From the NCBI GenBank assembly GCA_965140415.1, contig OZ223209.1:384001-448000 (forward strand): a stretch of DNA of 64,000 nt, read 5' to 3'. Under the pieces are notes generated by a model. That model was not told where the DNA came from. It did not search any database and worked only from the letters and a program-made list of their open reading frames with translations. The position numbers were made by a program, and so were the translations under genes. Below, piece after piece: positions 29,267 through 39,103 of the stretch (within the stretch, counting starts at the first letter, position 1; each line of letters opens with the position of its first letter). Source of the stretch: Myxococcota bacterium (GTDB lineage: Bacteria; Myxococcota_A; SURF-8).

Positions 29267-30634
29267 TTATTTGCTTGTAACATCTACTGCCGTTTTCTTA
29301 CGCTGCACTTGCTTTCTAGGTGCACGTTTCAACCCTTTACCGGATTTTTTAAGCGGCTGCGTCGGATTTTGCAGCATTTTTCTCAATTCGTTTTGCGCCA
29401 GTTCTTTCTTGTCGGAAAACTCGATCGTTCCGAAACGATTCAAGGTGTGGAAATCACCGACCAATGTCGGCGACCACATGGCGGCGATGGTGCCGCGCTT
29501 GGCCGGACGTTCCATGCGATACAGGTTCAACCGCCATTTGTCACCCGGCTTGGGCGGCATATTGGGAGCATCTTTCATGGCCGCCAGGGGAATTGCCATT
29601 TCCACAATCCAGCCCTGATCCTTGTCCGTACGCTGGTTGACGGTACCCTTTACCTGCACCGCCGATTTCAGCCCGGCGTCCCAGGAGATGTCCATGCCCT
29701 TGCGCCGTTTCGGGAAATAGGCGTCGTACACGGCATTGACCGGGTTGACCTGCATCTCGTAGTAGGTGGAGCCACTGCCGTCTGCATCGATCATGACTTC
29801 GGTGGTTTCTTCACGATACAGGGGATCGTCTTTCTTGTTGTAGTTGGTCCAGATGTCACTGTCGGAACAATCAAAGGCGATATACAGATTCGTGTCGTCC
29901 CACAGCATTTTGGCGCTGGTGGTCGGCTTGACCGGACCTTCTCCGCTCAGGTTGCCGAAATCGCCGGTGGAACGGGCGCGTGACCATGCGGCTTCGTCGA
30001 GTTTACCATCGATCGTGATGGCCTGATCGGCGCGCAAAACAACCAGATCGCGCTGAATGGAGGGCGGGTCGTCCAGCGGCAATACCGCCAGCTTGGCGCG
30101 GCCTTCGCCGTCGGCTTTGTCCCGGCTCTCTTTGGCGATGGGCATACGTTTGTCGCCTTTGTAGAAACCGCCCCACAGGACGCCTTCGTTATAGGGGAAT
30201 CCGGCTGGCATGTGGCTTTTGAACGTGTCGCGAATGATATCGCCCTTGCGCCACTGCGAGGTTTTGTATTTGCCGTCTGCAACGTGGTGATCCATTTTAC
30301 CCCGGAACAGCGGACCTTTGCTCGGTTCGAAATGCCCGAAGAACTGGTAATCACCCGGAATGGTATCCAACGCCTGCATGAAGAAAGTGATGGTGTAATC
30401 CTGGTTGTGCTTGAGCGGCTTGGGGCTGTAATTCAAGCCCAGAATGCGGATTTTGTCGTCGAGATTGACGTTGATCTCCACATCGTATTTCTTGGGGGCA
30501 CTGGCAAGCAGGAAGGGTTTGTCCGCAATGGCTTTGCCTGCTGTGGCAGTATTTTTAGGTTGCTCGCAACCTGCGACAAACAGGACTAGCATGACAAACG
30601 ACATACAATATGCTACACCACGCAAACCTCTCAT
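29267..30634 (-). CDS. Lipoprotein with carbohydrate-binding family 9-like (CBM9/DOMON-like) domain
   Basis: Lipobox VAGC; IDGKLDEAAW, KMLWDDTNLYIAF, YYEMQVNP, WIVEMAIP, WRLNLYR, WSPT...FH. Confidence 0.85.
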   Translation of the reverse strand: MRGLRGVAYCMSFVMLVLFVAGCEQPKNTATAGKAIADKPFLLASAPKKYDVEINVNLDDKIRILGLNYSPKPLKHNQDYTITFFMQALDTIPGDYQFFGHFEPSKGPLFRGKMDHHVADGKYKTSQWRKGDIIRDTFKSHMPAGFPYNEGVLWGGFYKGDKRMPIAKESRDKADGEGRAKLAVLPLDDPPSIQRDLVVLRADQAITIDGKLDEAAWSRARSTGDFGNLSGEGPVKPTTSAKMLWDDTNLYIAFDCSDSDIWTNYNKKDDPLYREETTEVMIDADGSGSTYYEMQVNPVNAVYDAYFPKRRKGMDISWDAGLKSAVQVKGTVNQRTDKDQGWIVEMAIPLAAMKDAPNMPPKPGDKWRLNLYRMERPAKRGTIAAMWSPTLVGDFHTLNRFGTIEFSDKKELAQNELRKMLQNPTQPLKKSGKGLKRAPRKQVQRKKTAVDVTSK

Positions 30635-30736
30635 ACCCGGCTACCTCCATAAGTGGGTGAATTTCGATAAAACATGTTGAAATCGTTTATAATTCAACCG
30701 GAAAAGCATACCGCAGGGCAGGAAAGCACGTCAAGC

Positions 30737-30769
30737 AAAATCCCCGCCACTTGAAATAAGCAGCGGGGA
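30737..30769 (-). terminator. Terminator after the YqeY gene (possibly bidirectional)
   Basis: TCCCCGC...GCGGGGA stem with AAAA on the left and a T run on the right. Confidence 0.65.
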
Positions 30770-30826
30770 CTCTCTTTTTTTAGTGAAAACCCAGGTTAAT
30801 CTGTTCAAAAAGAGGCGTGCTATGAC

Positions 30827-31285
30827 TCAGCCTGCCAGAAGGCGTGTGGCGATCTCTTTGACCAATGCGGCATCCACCTGACCTTTGTACTCTTTCATAA
30901 CGGCACCCATCAGGCGTCCGATCTGGTTGGCTCCGGCGATACCCTGCTTTTCGATCAGATCGGCCACCAGTTTTTCGGTTTGCGCTTCGCCGAGCATTTT
31001 GGGCAGGAACTGCTCCAGGTACTCGATTTCAAAGCGGATCTGATCCAGCTTTTCCTTGCCGCGCTCACCGGCCTGTTCGAATTGCGGCAGCGCTTTCTGC
31101 TGCTGCTTGACGTAGGTGCCGATCACTTCCTGCGCCATTTCGTCGGTCAAGGGACCGGCAACGCCTTTTTCGGACAGTTTCAGTTGAAAACGCGACTTGA
31201 CCATGCGCAACACAGCAAGTTGCTGCGCGTCCTTTTTCTTCATCGCCTCTTTAAGGCGGGTGTTGAATGTCTCAAGAATTCCCAT
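30827..31285 (-). CDS. GatB/YqeY domain protein
   Basis: LKEAMKKKD...LRMVKS, EIEYLEQFLPKML, IGRLMGAVMK..KGQVD; start moved to ATG 31285. Confidence 0.9.
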   Translation of the reverse strand: MGILETFNTRLKEAMKKKDAQQLAVLRMVKSRFQLKLSEKGVAGPLTDEMAQEVIGTYVKQQQKALPQFEQAGERGKEKLDQIRFEIEYLEQFLPKMLGEAQTEKLVADLIEKQGIAGANQIGRLMGAVMKEYKGQVDAALVKEIATRLLAG

Positions 31286-31302
31286 CGTTTTCCCCTTTTC
31301 GA

Positions 31303-31890
31303 CTACAGATCGCCGTCGGTGGTTGCCGTGTCGCCATCCGTCGTGGTGTCGTCGCAACCGCCTGCGGACAGAAATACGTCCAAGCTGGTGAAGCTCTGGC
31401 TGTAGCTGCCGGCACCCATCAGCACGTTGTAGCCGTACATGGCCGAGTGTGCCGCGTAATCCTGATCGTAGAAGAAAAAGCGGGTGGAAGACGCGCCGTT
31501 GACGTTGCCGTCGGCTTCCTCATTATACGTTTCGTTACCGTCTTTATCGAGATAGCTGTACACCAGCACCTCGGTGCGCTGCGTGACGCCATCGCCGAGC
31601 AGATCCCACTTTACGTCGGAGGCGGGCAGGGTTTCCAGTGTCAGGAAAAAGTTGGGCGAAGAGGTGTCGATGGCGGTAGAGGCAATCTCGCGTAATTCAT
31701 TGTCCGCCGTGCTTGCCATGGCGCCCACGCGCAGGTTTTCGGCATTTCCCGTTACCTGACAACCACCGATGCGGCCATTAAAGCTGCGTGCGATCAACGG
31801 ATTCTCGTCGTCGTCATCGCCGCCGCAGGCAACGCACAGACCCAGCATCATTCCCATCACAGCCAACATGGCTACCCATCGCTTACTCAT
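31303..31890 (-). CDS. Hypothetical lipoprotein with C-terminal DGD tail
   Basis: Lipobox CVAC then GGDDDDE; ends TDGDTATTDGDL; AAGGAG RBS. Confidence 0.78.
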   Translation of the reverse strand: MSKRWVAMLAVMGMMLGLCVACGGDDDDENPLIARSFNGRIGGCQVTGNAENLRVGAMASTADNELREIASTAIDTSSPNFFLTLETLPASDVKWDLLGDGVTQRTEVLVYSYLDKDGNETYNEEADGNVNGASSTRFFFYDQDYAAHSAMYGYNVLMGAGSYSQSFTSLDVFLSAGGCDDTTTDGDTATTDGDL

Positions 31891-31919
31891 CACGCTTCTC
31901 CTTCTTAGGATATCTCCGT

Positions 31920-32696
31920 TTAGCGAATCACTTTTTGATAAAACTCTTCGGCCAGCGCACCGACCATCACGGCTCCGCGTCCGCTGGCATCGTATTCCCA
32001 GATCGTCTGGCCGAAGCTCTGCGCCTCGTCCAGCCGGACATTGTAACCCAGAATGGTTTTGGAAATCTGCTGCGGGAAATACTGGGCCAGTTTCGCCACG
32101 ATTTCGTTGGCAAGGCGGGTGTTGCGATACAATGTTGGAATCACCATACCCAGTTTCGGCGTTTCGCCGCCGTTTCGTTCCCGCACGGTCTGGATCGAAT
32201 GCACGACTTCCGCGCAGCCGTCCATGGCCAGATAGGTCAGCGCCACCGGCACCACCACGAATTCGGAAGCCGCCAGAATGTTCGTCGTCACCAGCCCCGC
32301 CGAAGGGGGCGAATCGATGAAGACGTAGTTGTAATCGGTCGTCGAGGCCAGTTTGGCGATGACCTGTTTCAAGCGCTGTTCGCGATCCTTTTTCACCGCC
32401 AGCTTTTCCGGCAGATTCGAAATGGATTTATTGGAACAGATGATATCCAGCCGCTCGTAACGGGTGGTGACGATCGCCTCAGCCGGGTTGAAGCCGGGTG
32501 TCGTCAGCACGTCGACGATGGAGTGCGGCACATCGCGCACCGGAATTCCCAGCGATTTACCTGCGTGACCCTGGCTGTCCATGTCGATCACGAGGGTTTT
32601 CTTGCGCTTTTTCTGCGCGATATAGGAGGCGAAATTGACCGTTAACGTGGTCTTGCAGGTGCCTCCCTTTTCATTGATGAAGGAAACGACCTTCAC
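31920..32696 (-). CDS. ParA/Soj family ATPase (orphan, no adjacent ParB)
   Basis: NEKGGTCKTT deviant Walker A, LVIDMDSQG, FIDSPPS, NVRLDEAQSFGQTIWEY. Confidence 0.92.
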   Translation of the reverse strand: MKVVSFINEKGGTCKTTLTVNFASYIAQKKRKKTLVIDMDSQGHAGKSLGIPVRDVPHSIVDVLTTPGFNPAEAIVTTRYERLDIICSNKSISNLPEKLAVKKDREQRLKQVIAKLASTTDYNYVFIDSPPSAGLVTTNILAASEFVVVPVALTYLAMDGCAEVVHSIQTVRERNGGETPKLGMVIPTLYRNTRLANEIVAKLAQYFPQQISKTILGYNVRLDEAQSFGQTIWEYDASGRGAVMVGALAEEFYQKVIR

Positions 32697-33064
32697 GCCG
32701 AAATCTCCTTGCTTTTAGCGCCCTTGGCGCTGGATGCGCGTTTTTTTGCTGTCGTTTTAGGAACTTGAAGCGCATCCAGTTTGGTTTCCATACGTTCCAT
32801 AATTTCCTCTACTGAAAACAGCCGATCTTCCAGCGCGTGCAGTTCTTCCTGCAATTTGGCGACATCGCCCTTGGTGGGAATGTTCACCTGCTCCAAAGCG
32901 GCTGTAACGGATTTCTGAATGATATCACGAAATTCCAGAGATGCCAGCATCATTTTCTGAAAAGTCATCATGAAACGTTCGTTGTTCATGATCGCAGTTA
33001 ATGCCTCGGAAATGCGGTCACTGTACATGCCGCGCAGGTCGTCGAAAAAACGGGATTTTGTCAT
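32693..33064 (-). CDS. Small coiled-coil protein resembling phasin (PhaF/PhaI) or PhaE/PhaR C-terminal region, with basic tail
   Basis: NIPTKGDVAKLQEELHALEDRL motif; tail KTTAKKRASSAKGAKSK; stop overlaps ParA start (GTGA). Confidence 0.65.
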   Translation of the reverse strand: MTKSRFFDDLRGMYSDRISEALTAIMNNERFMMTFQKMMLASLEFRDIIQKSVTAALEQVNIPTKGDVAKLQEELHALEDRLFSVEEIMERMETKLDALQVPKTTAKKRASSAKGAKSKEISA

Positions 33065-33327
33065 TGTCGTTACACCACTTTCACTTGGGTGACCCGGTGC
33101 CGTCGCCGGATTCCTCACCCTAACTAGTCGTTACTGAAATTGCAGCAGCCTCTGCCGTTACGGCGCTGGGAAGTATGGCATAACCTCGACTTTCAGACAA
33201 GGGAAAAGCTATACGGGATCACGATCCGTTTCGAGCGAATCGACTCCTTTCCTGTGACCATCCATCACCCGTTTCCGCCTCGATTCCGAACTGTCTTTTC
33301 TGTGGCTACAGCAGAGTCTGAAAGATA

Positions 33328-33356
33328 TTGACAGCCTAGGGTTGCTCTCCTATAGT
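33328..33356 (+). promoter_or_regulatory. Sigma70-type promoter for the RDD-smc-ftsY-ltaE run
   Basis: TTGACA-N17-TATAGT, 60 nt upstream of the RDD start. Confidence 0.7.
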
Positions 33357-33416
33357 GACCTATCCAATTTTAGCCGGGGCGCGCGAGTCGTGTGCCGGAC
33401 GTGTGCAGGATGACGG

Positions 33417-33974
33417 ATGACAGAGCAGGAAAAACAACCGGAACCGGACGAGAACATCGAACCGGAGCAGAACCAGCCTCAACAAGCGGATAACGAGGCT
33501 AGCCAGCCGATTGCGCAGCTACTGGAAGAAGATCCGCAGGTGGCGGATCTGGTCTACCGTGTGTTGGCGCGTGCCATCGATTCAGTGGTGTTCACCATGT
33601 TTTGCGGAGTGGTGTATCCGGCTGGAATTTTTGCGGGTTTGCTGTATTTACTCATCGCCGATGGTCTGATGGAAGGCCGTTCGCTGGGCAAGCGCATTAT
33701 TCGCTTGCGGGTCGTATCCGATATCGACGGTTCCCCCATCGGCTTTCGCCGCGCGATGATCCGCAACAGCCCTTTCGTGCTGGTCTCTTTTTTCGCTGTC
33801 ATCCCGATCATCGGTTGGATTCTGTTGTTTACGGTCGGAATGCTGATTCTGGGTGCGGAACTCTATTTCGCCATCACCGATACACGCGGTCAGCGCATCG
33901 GAGATATTCTGGCGGGAACGCTGGTTGTAGACGACCGACCAACGCAGAATCATAAGCCGGATTACGAAATCTAG
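33417..33974 (+). CDS. RDD family membrane protein
   Basis: RVLARAID, GRSLGKRIIRLRVV, RAMIRN, QRIGDILAGTLVV. Confidence 0.9.
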   Translation: MTEQEKQPEPDENIEPEQNQPQQADNEASQPIAQLLEEDPQVADLVYRVLARAIDSVVFTMFCGVVYPAGIFAGLLYLLIADGLMEGRSLGKRIIRLRVVSDIDGSPIGFRRAMIRNSPFVLVSFFAVIPIIGWILLFTVGMLILGAELYFAITDTRGQRIGDILAGTLVVDDRPTQNHKPDYEI

Positions 33975-34025
33975 GAGCGAGCGGCATCGCTCCATCCATT
34001 ACCGAGTGATTGGAACTGAATCTCA

Positions 34026-37000
34026 ATGCGAATCAAACGTCTGGACATCGTTGGGTTCAAATCTTTTCCCAACAAAACCACCCTGCTGTTCGACAAGCCC
34101 ATTGTGGGTGTAGTCGGTCCCAACGGCTGCGGAAAATCCAATATCGTGGATGCCATTCGCTGGGTCATGGGCGAGCAGGGAATGAAGGCTTTACGTGGCC
34201 GCAATCGCGAGGATGTCATTTTCGCCGGTTCGGAAAGCCGCGCTCCCAGCGGAGTGGCGGAAGTCACCTTGACTTTCGATAACAGCGACCGCTTGGCCCC
34301 GCCGCAGTACGTCGATTACGCCGAGATCGCCATCACGCGTAAACTCTACCGAAACGGCGACAGTGACTACCTGATCAACAACACCGAATGCCGCCTGAAA
34401 GACATTACCGATATTTTTCTTGGAACCGGTGTCGGCAACAAAGCCTATTCCATTATAGAACAGGGTCGTATTTCCTTAATCGTTTCGGCCAAACCGGAAG
34501 ATCGTCGCTTTATGATCGAAGAAGCGGCGGGCATCACCAAGTACAATACACGCAAACGCGAAGCCGAGCGCAAAATGGCCGCCACGCGGCAGAACCTGCT
34601 GCGCGTCAATGACATCATAACCGAACTGAAAAAGCAGCTCGGTTCGTTATCCAGGCAGGCGAAAAAAGCCGAACGCTACCGCGAATATAAAGCACAGTAT
34701 AAACAACTGGATCTGCGTTTCAGCGCTCATGACTATGCCGAAATCGTGCGGCAGGGCCAGGTGATTATTGACCGCATCGCAGAACTGGAGCAGGGCATCA
34801 CCGATAATGCCAACAAGCTATTGGCCCTGGAAGGCGAAGTCAATGCGCGTAACCTGCAACTGGCCGAGTGGGAACAGAAAGTCACTACTGAGCAGGAAGA
34901 AGCCATTCGTCTGGATCAGCAGATCAGTTTATCCGAGCGCGATCTGCAAAGTTACAGCGAGGAAATCGAACGCATTTCCGCACGCAAGCTGGAATTCGAA
35001 CGCGAAGCGGAAGACCTGATTCAACAACTGGACACCCAGAAACGTCTGGTCGAGCAGTTGGAAGGAGAACAGCGCCGGGCCGTGGAGCAGGCGCAACTTT
35101 TCGAAGGCGAACTGGCCGACGTTCAGGAGCGCAGCCGCGCCGTACTGGATGATCTGGGGCAGAAACAAAACGATGCCGAACGCTTAAAGCGTACGATCAA
35201 CGAATCCATTTTAAATGCCGACCGGGCGCGGCATCGGCTGGAAACCATTCGCCAGCGCGCCAATGAGAACGTCGAACGCACCGAACGCAATCGACGCGAA
35301 AAACTCGAACTGGAAACCCAGCACGACGAGCAGGAAGCCCAGCGCGAAGTATTCCTGAACGATCTTGGTGGCTTGCGACAAATGAAGCTGCGACTGGATA
35401 CCGAACGCACCGAAACCACGGATCGGTTGTCCGCCGAGCATGAAGCCTATCTCGACGTGGAAGAACGCCTGACCAATGAACGCGACTCGTTCACGGCGGT
35501 GCGCTCGCGTCTGGATTCTCTACAGGAACTGGACCGCAGCCTGGAAGGTTTCGGCGAGGGTGTCAAGGCGGTGATCGGTGCGTCTGAGGGACGCTTTGAC
35601 GACGGCGAACTGGTTGACGTGCTGGCGCGTCTGGTGGAAGTGGACGTCGAGCACGAAAAAGCATTGAGCGCGGCATTGGGCGAACGTTTACAGTGGCTCG
35701 TGGTGCGTGACCGACAGGCCGGTCATAAAGGACTCTCTTTATTGGAAGAGTTGCAGGCCGGGCGCGCGGGCTTTATCCCTTCTCAAGGGATGCTGCCGCA
35801 ACATGACGATGCGCCTGAAAACTGCCGCAGCCTGCTGGAAGTCGTGCGCGTCAAGCCGGAAGGCGGCGACAGCATGGAGCGGCTGCTGTCTGGTGTGATG
35901 CTGGTGCCGGATATGGCCACGGCGGAAAGCGAATGGGAACGCTGCAACGGGCGCTATTCCTTCGTCACGCCGGAAGGTGTATTGCTTGATTCCAGCGGCG
36001 CAATTTACGGTGGCGGTGGAGAAAGCATTTCGCAGGCGTTGTTGAAACGGCAACGCGAAATGCAGCAATTGTCTAGCCAGAAAACAGAACTAGCGGCATC
36101 TTGCGAACAACTGGCGCTATTGCGCGACGAGCACCTGCAACGCATCCGCTCGCTGGAACGCCAGGTCGAATCCACCCGCCAGGAAGGTCACCGGCAGGAA
36201 ATCAAGATCCTGGAGCAGGAAAAAGACCTGCGCCATTTGGAAGACGGTATCGATCAGCTTCGGCGGCGGTTGGAATCGCTGGAACGCGAATTTCACGCTT
36301 ACCAAAGCGAAATGGGTGAGTTACAGGAACAGCGTCGCGAACAGGAAGCGAAACTCGAACAGGAAACGGACACGCAACAGCGCTCGGAACGGCAGTTGCA
36401 AAGCGCGCAGATCGAATTGGCTGAATTGTCCGAGCGGCGCGAACTGATTTCCCGCGAATTGACCGATAAACAGGTGCAACTGGCCGAAGCCTCGCAGAAA
36501 CGGCGACATCTGGAGAGCGAATTGAAGATGAGCCGCCAGCGGGAAGTCGATCTGGCCGGGCGGCGGGAGAAAATCACTTTCGATCGCGAACAGGGCGACA
36601 GCCGCAATGAGCAACTCACGCGCCTGATCGAAGTCTCGCGTGAAAAGCGCGAAACGACCATTCAACAGCGCGAACAGATGGAAGCCAACCTGCGTAAGCA
36701 ACGCGAGGAACTCAGCCACGAGCAGGAAGCCTTGCGCGACATGGCCGAGCAGGTACGCGCCGCACGGCACAAGCAGGAAGAACTGAACGGGCAGTTGTCC
36801 GAGTCCAAGCTGACGCGCAACGAATTATCCTTTAAATCCAAGCACCTTGAAGAACGCATCCAGGAACGATATGGCCTGGATCTGGGCAAGGACTATTTCG
36901 AATACATCACCGAGGAAGAACCGGGCGAAAAAGAACGCGACGAAATGGAGCGCATCAAGGGACACATCGAGCGCATCGGCGATGTGAACCTGGGTGCGAT

Positions 37001-37568
37001 TTCGGAGTACGACCAGGTCAGCGAACGCTATCAATTCCTGCTGGATCAGGAGGAAGATCTCAAGCGCTCGCTGGATATGCTGGAAAACGCCATCAAGAAA
37101 ATCAACCGCACCACGCGCAAGCGCTTCAAGGAAACCTTCGAAGAAGTCAACCGGCGTTTCTCCGAATTGTATCCGCAGCTTTTCGGCGGCGGCGAGGCGC
37201 GCCTGGAAATTCTGGACCCGCAGGACATGCTGCATACCGGTCTGGAAATCGTCGCGCGACCTCCGGGTAAAAAGTTACAGGCGGTAAGCCTGCTCTCCGG
37301 TGGTGAAAAGGCGTTAACAGCGGTCAGCCTGATTTTTGCGATCTTTTTGTATCGCCCCACGCCATTCTGTCTGCTCGATGAGGTCGATGCGCCGTTGGAT
37401 GACATCAACATCAGCCGTTTCAACTCGACGGTCAAGCGCATCTCCAAGTTGAGCCAGTTCATCCTGATCACACACAACAAGAAAACCATGGAAATCACCA
37501 ACACGCTTTACGGCGTGACGATGGAAGAACCGGGTATTTCCAAAATTGTTTCCGTAAATTTGACCTAA
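34026..37568 (+). CDS. smc: Chromosome segregation protein SMC
   Basis: GPNGCGKSN Walker A, long coiled coils with hinge, LSGGEK signature, LLDEVDAPLD. Confidence 0.98.
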   Translation: MRIKRLDIVGFKSFPNKTTLLFDKPIVGVVGPNGCGKSNIVDAIRWVMGEQGMKALRGRNREDVIFAGSESRAPSGVAEVTLTFDNSDRLAPPQYVDYAEIAITRKLYRNGDSDYLINNTECRLKDITDIFLGTGVGNKAYSIIEQGRISLIVSAKPEDRRFMIEEAAGITKYNTRKREAERKMAATRQNLLRVNDIITELKKQLGSLSRQAKKAERYREYKAQYKQLDLRFSAHDYAEIVRQGQVIIDRIAELEQGITDNANKLLALEGEVNARNLQLAEWEQKVTTEQEEAIRLDQQISLSERDLQSYSEEIERISARKLEFEREAEDLIQQLDTQKRLVEQLEGEQRRAVEQAQLFEGELADVQERSRAVLDDLGQKQNDAERLKRTINESILNADRARHRLETIRQRANENVERTERNRREKLELETQHDEQEAQREVFLNDLGGLRQMKLRLDTERTETTDRLSAEHEAYLDVEERLTNERDSFTAVRSRLDSLQELDRSLEGFGEGVKAVIGASEGRFDDGELVDVLARLVEVDVEHEKALSAALGERLQWLVVRDRQAGHKGLSLLEELQAGRAGFIPSQGMLPQHDDAPENCRSLLEVVRVKPEGGDSMERLLSGVMLVPDMATAESEWERCNGRYSFVTPEGVLLDSSGAIYGGGGESISQALLKRQREMQQLSSQKTELAASCEQLALLRDEHLQRIRSLERQVESTRQEGHRQEIKILEQEKDLRHLEDGIDQLRRRLESLEREFHAYQSEMGELQEQRREQEAKLEQETDTQQRSERQLQSAQIELAELSERRELISRELTDKQVQLAEASQKRRHLESELKMSRQREVDLAGRREKITFDREQGDSRNEQLTRLIEVSREKRETTIQQREQMEANLRKQREELSHEQEALRDMAEQVRAARHKQEELNGQLSESKLTRNELSFKSKHLEERIQERYGLDLGKDYFEYITEEEPGEKERDEMERIKGHIERIGDVNLGAISEYDQVSERYQFLLDQEEDLKRSLDMLENAIKKINRTTRKRFKETFEEVNRRFSELYPQLFGGGEARLEILDPQDMLHTGLEIVARPPGKKLQAVSLLSGGEKALTAVSLIFAIFLYRPTPFCLLDEVDAPLDDINISRFNSTVKRISKLSQFILITHNKKTMEITNTLYGVTMEEPGISKIVSVNLT

Positions 37569-37582
37569 GGAATTAGCGAACG

Positions 37583-39061
37583 ATGGAATCGATAGACCTG
37601 CAAGCCCTGACCGAAGTTATTTTGGGCAACGACCTTTATTTTTACAGCCTCATCGGCGCGGGCGTGCTCGTACTGGTGTTGATCACCTGGCGCTTGATCC
37701 GTTCCGGTTCTTCGAAACTGGAAGAAGAAATCGATGAGGATACGGAAGCCACGCCGCAGGAGCGTATCGTCGATCAGGTAATGGGCGATGTTGCCAGCCG
37801 ACCCGCAGGCGGTGAACGCATCGAAGAACCGCTGATCCAGCACGAGCCCGCCGACAGCGGGGAAGAACGTCAGGCGCTCGACACCGACACCGTGCAGGTT
37901 CTGGCCAAGATTTCCACCGATTCGCAGTTGCCGGTCGACTACGACGTTCAACCGGTAGGGACGCCTTCCCAGGAAAAAATGCTGGAGCGCGGCAAAGCGC
38001 AGGAAATACTGGAAGAGGAAGCGGAAGCAGAAGAAACCGCCCCCGTTGCCGAAGCCGAGCCAGAGGCTGAACCTGCTCCCGAACCGGAGCCGGAACCTGA
38101 GCCGGAACCGGAACCTGAACCCAAGCCCGAACCGAAAAAGAAAGAAGAAAAGCCCAAACCCGAGCCTAAAACGCTGGAGGAGGGGCTGGCCAAAACCAAG
38201 GGCGGCTTTATCAGCAAATTGAATCGTCTGGTATTGGGCAAAAAGCAGATCGACGAAAACGTCTTTGAAGAACTGGAAGAAATCTTATACGAAGCGGATA
38301 TCGGCCCCACCGCTACGCGCCTGTTCCAGGCTGTGACCGAGCAGGCCAAGCGCAAGGAACTGAAAGATCCCGCTCGCATCAAAGAACTGCTTAAAGAGGA
38401 AATCTCGCAGATTCTGCAAAAAGCGGAAGCTCCTTACGAACCGACTGGTCCGGCTCCTCATGTTTTACTGATGGTAGGTGTCAACGGTGTGGGAAAAACC
38501 ACGACCATCGGAAAGCTGGCCAAGAAATTCTGCGACGAAGGCAAGAGCGTGGTGCTGGCTGCGGGCGATACCTTCCGGGCGGCGGCAGCGGAACAACTGA
38601 CGATCTGGAGCGAGCGCAGCGGCGCGGAGATCATCTCCGGCGAAGAAGGCGCCAATCCTTCCGGCCTGTTGTATTCGGCGGTGCAGTCGGCCAAGTCGCG
38701 CAATGCCGATTTCTTGATCGCGGATACCGCCGGACGGTTGCACACCAAGTACAACCTGATGGAAGAACTGCGCAAAATGAAGAATGTGGCGGCCAAAGCA
38801 CTGGAACGCGAACCCGATGAGATCTGGCTGGTGATCGACGCCAACACCGGTCAGAACGCGGTGAATCAGGCTGCCAAATTCCACGAATCGCTGGGCTTGA
38901 CCGGCATCATTCTGACCAAGCTGGACGGCACCGCCAAAGGCGGCGTGGTCATCGGCATCACCGATCAACTGGGTCTGCCCATCCGTTACATCGGTATCGG
39001 TGAGGGAGCCGAGGATCTGCGACCCTTCAAGGCCGCGGAGTTCGTGGACGCACTGTTCTAA
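37583..39061 (+). CDS. ftsY: Signal recognition particle receptor FtsY
   Basis: GVNGVGKTTTIGKLA, DTFRAAA, DTAGR, TKLDGTAKGG; N-terminal TM helix, acidic region and (PE)n linker. Confidence 0.97.
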   Translation: MESIDLQALTEVILGNDLYFYSLIGAGVLVLVLITWRLIRSGSSKLEEEIDEDTEATPQERIVDQVMGDVASRPAGGERIEEPLIQHEPADSGEERQALDTDTVQVLAKISTDSQLPVDYDVQPVGTPSQEKMLERGKAQEILEEEAEAEETAPVAEAEPEAEPAPEPEPEPEPEPEPEPKPEPKKKEEKPKPEPKTLEEGLAKTKGGFISKLNRLVLGKKQIDENVFEELEEILYEADIGPTATRLFQAVTEQAKRKELKDPARIKELLKEEISQILQKAEAPYEPTGPAPHVLLMVGVNGVGKTTTIGKLAKKFCDEGKSVVLAAGDTFRAAAAEQLTIWSERSGAEIISGEEGANPSGLLYSAVQSAKSRNADFLIADTAGRLHTKYNLMEELRKMKNVAAKALEREPDEIWLVIDANTGQNAVNQAAKFHESLGLTGIILTKLDGTAKGGVVIGITDQLGLPIRYIGIGEGAEDLRPFKAAEFVDALF

Positions 39062-39103
39062 AAAAAAACGGACCCATCCATTCCGATTGAACGAGGCATC
39101 ATC

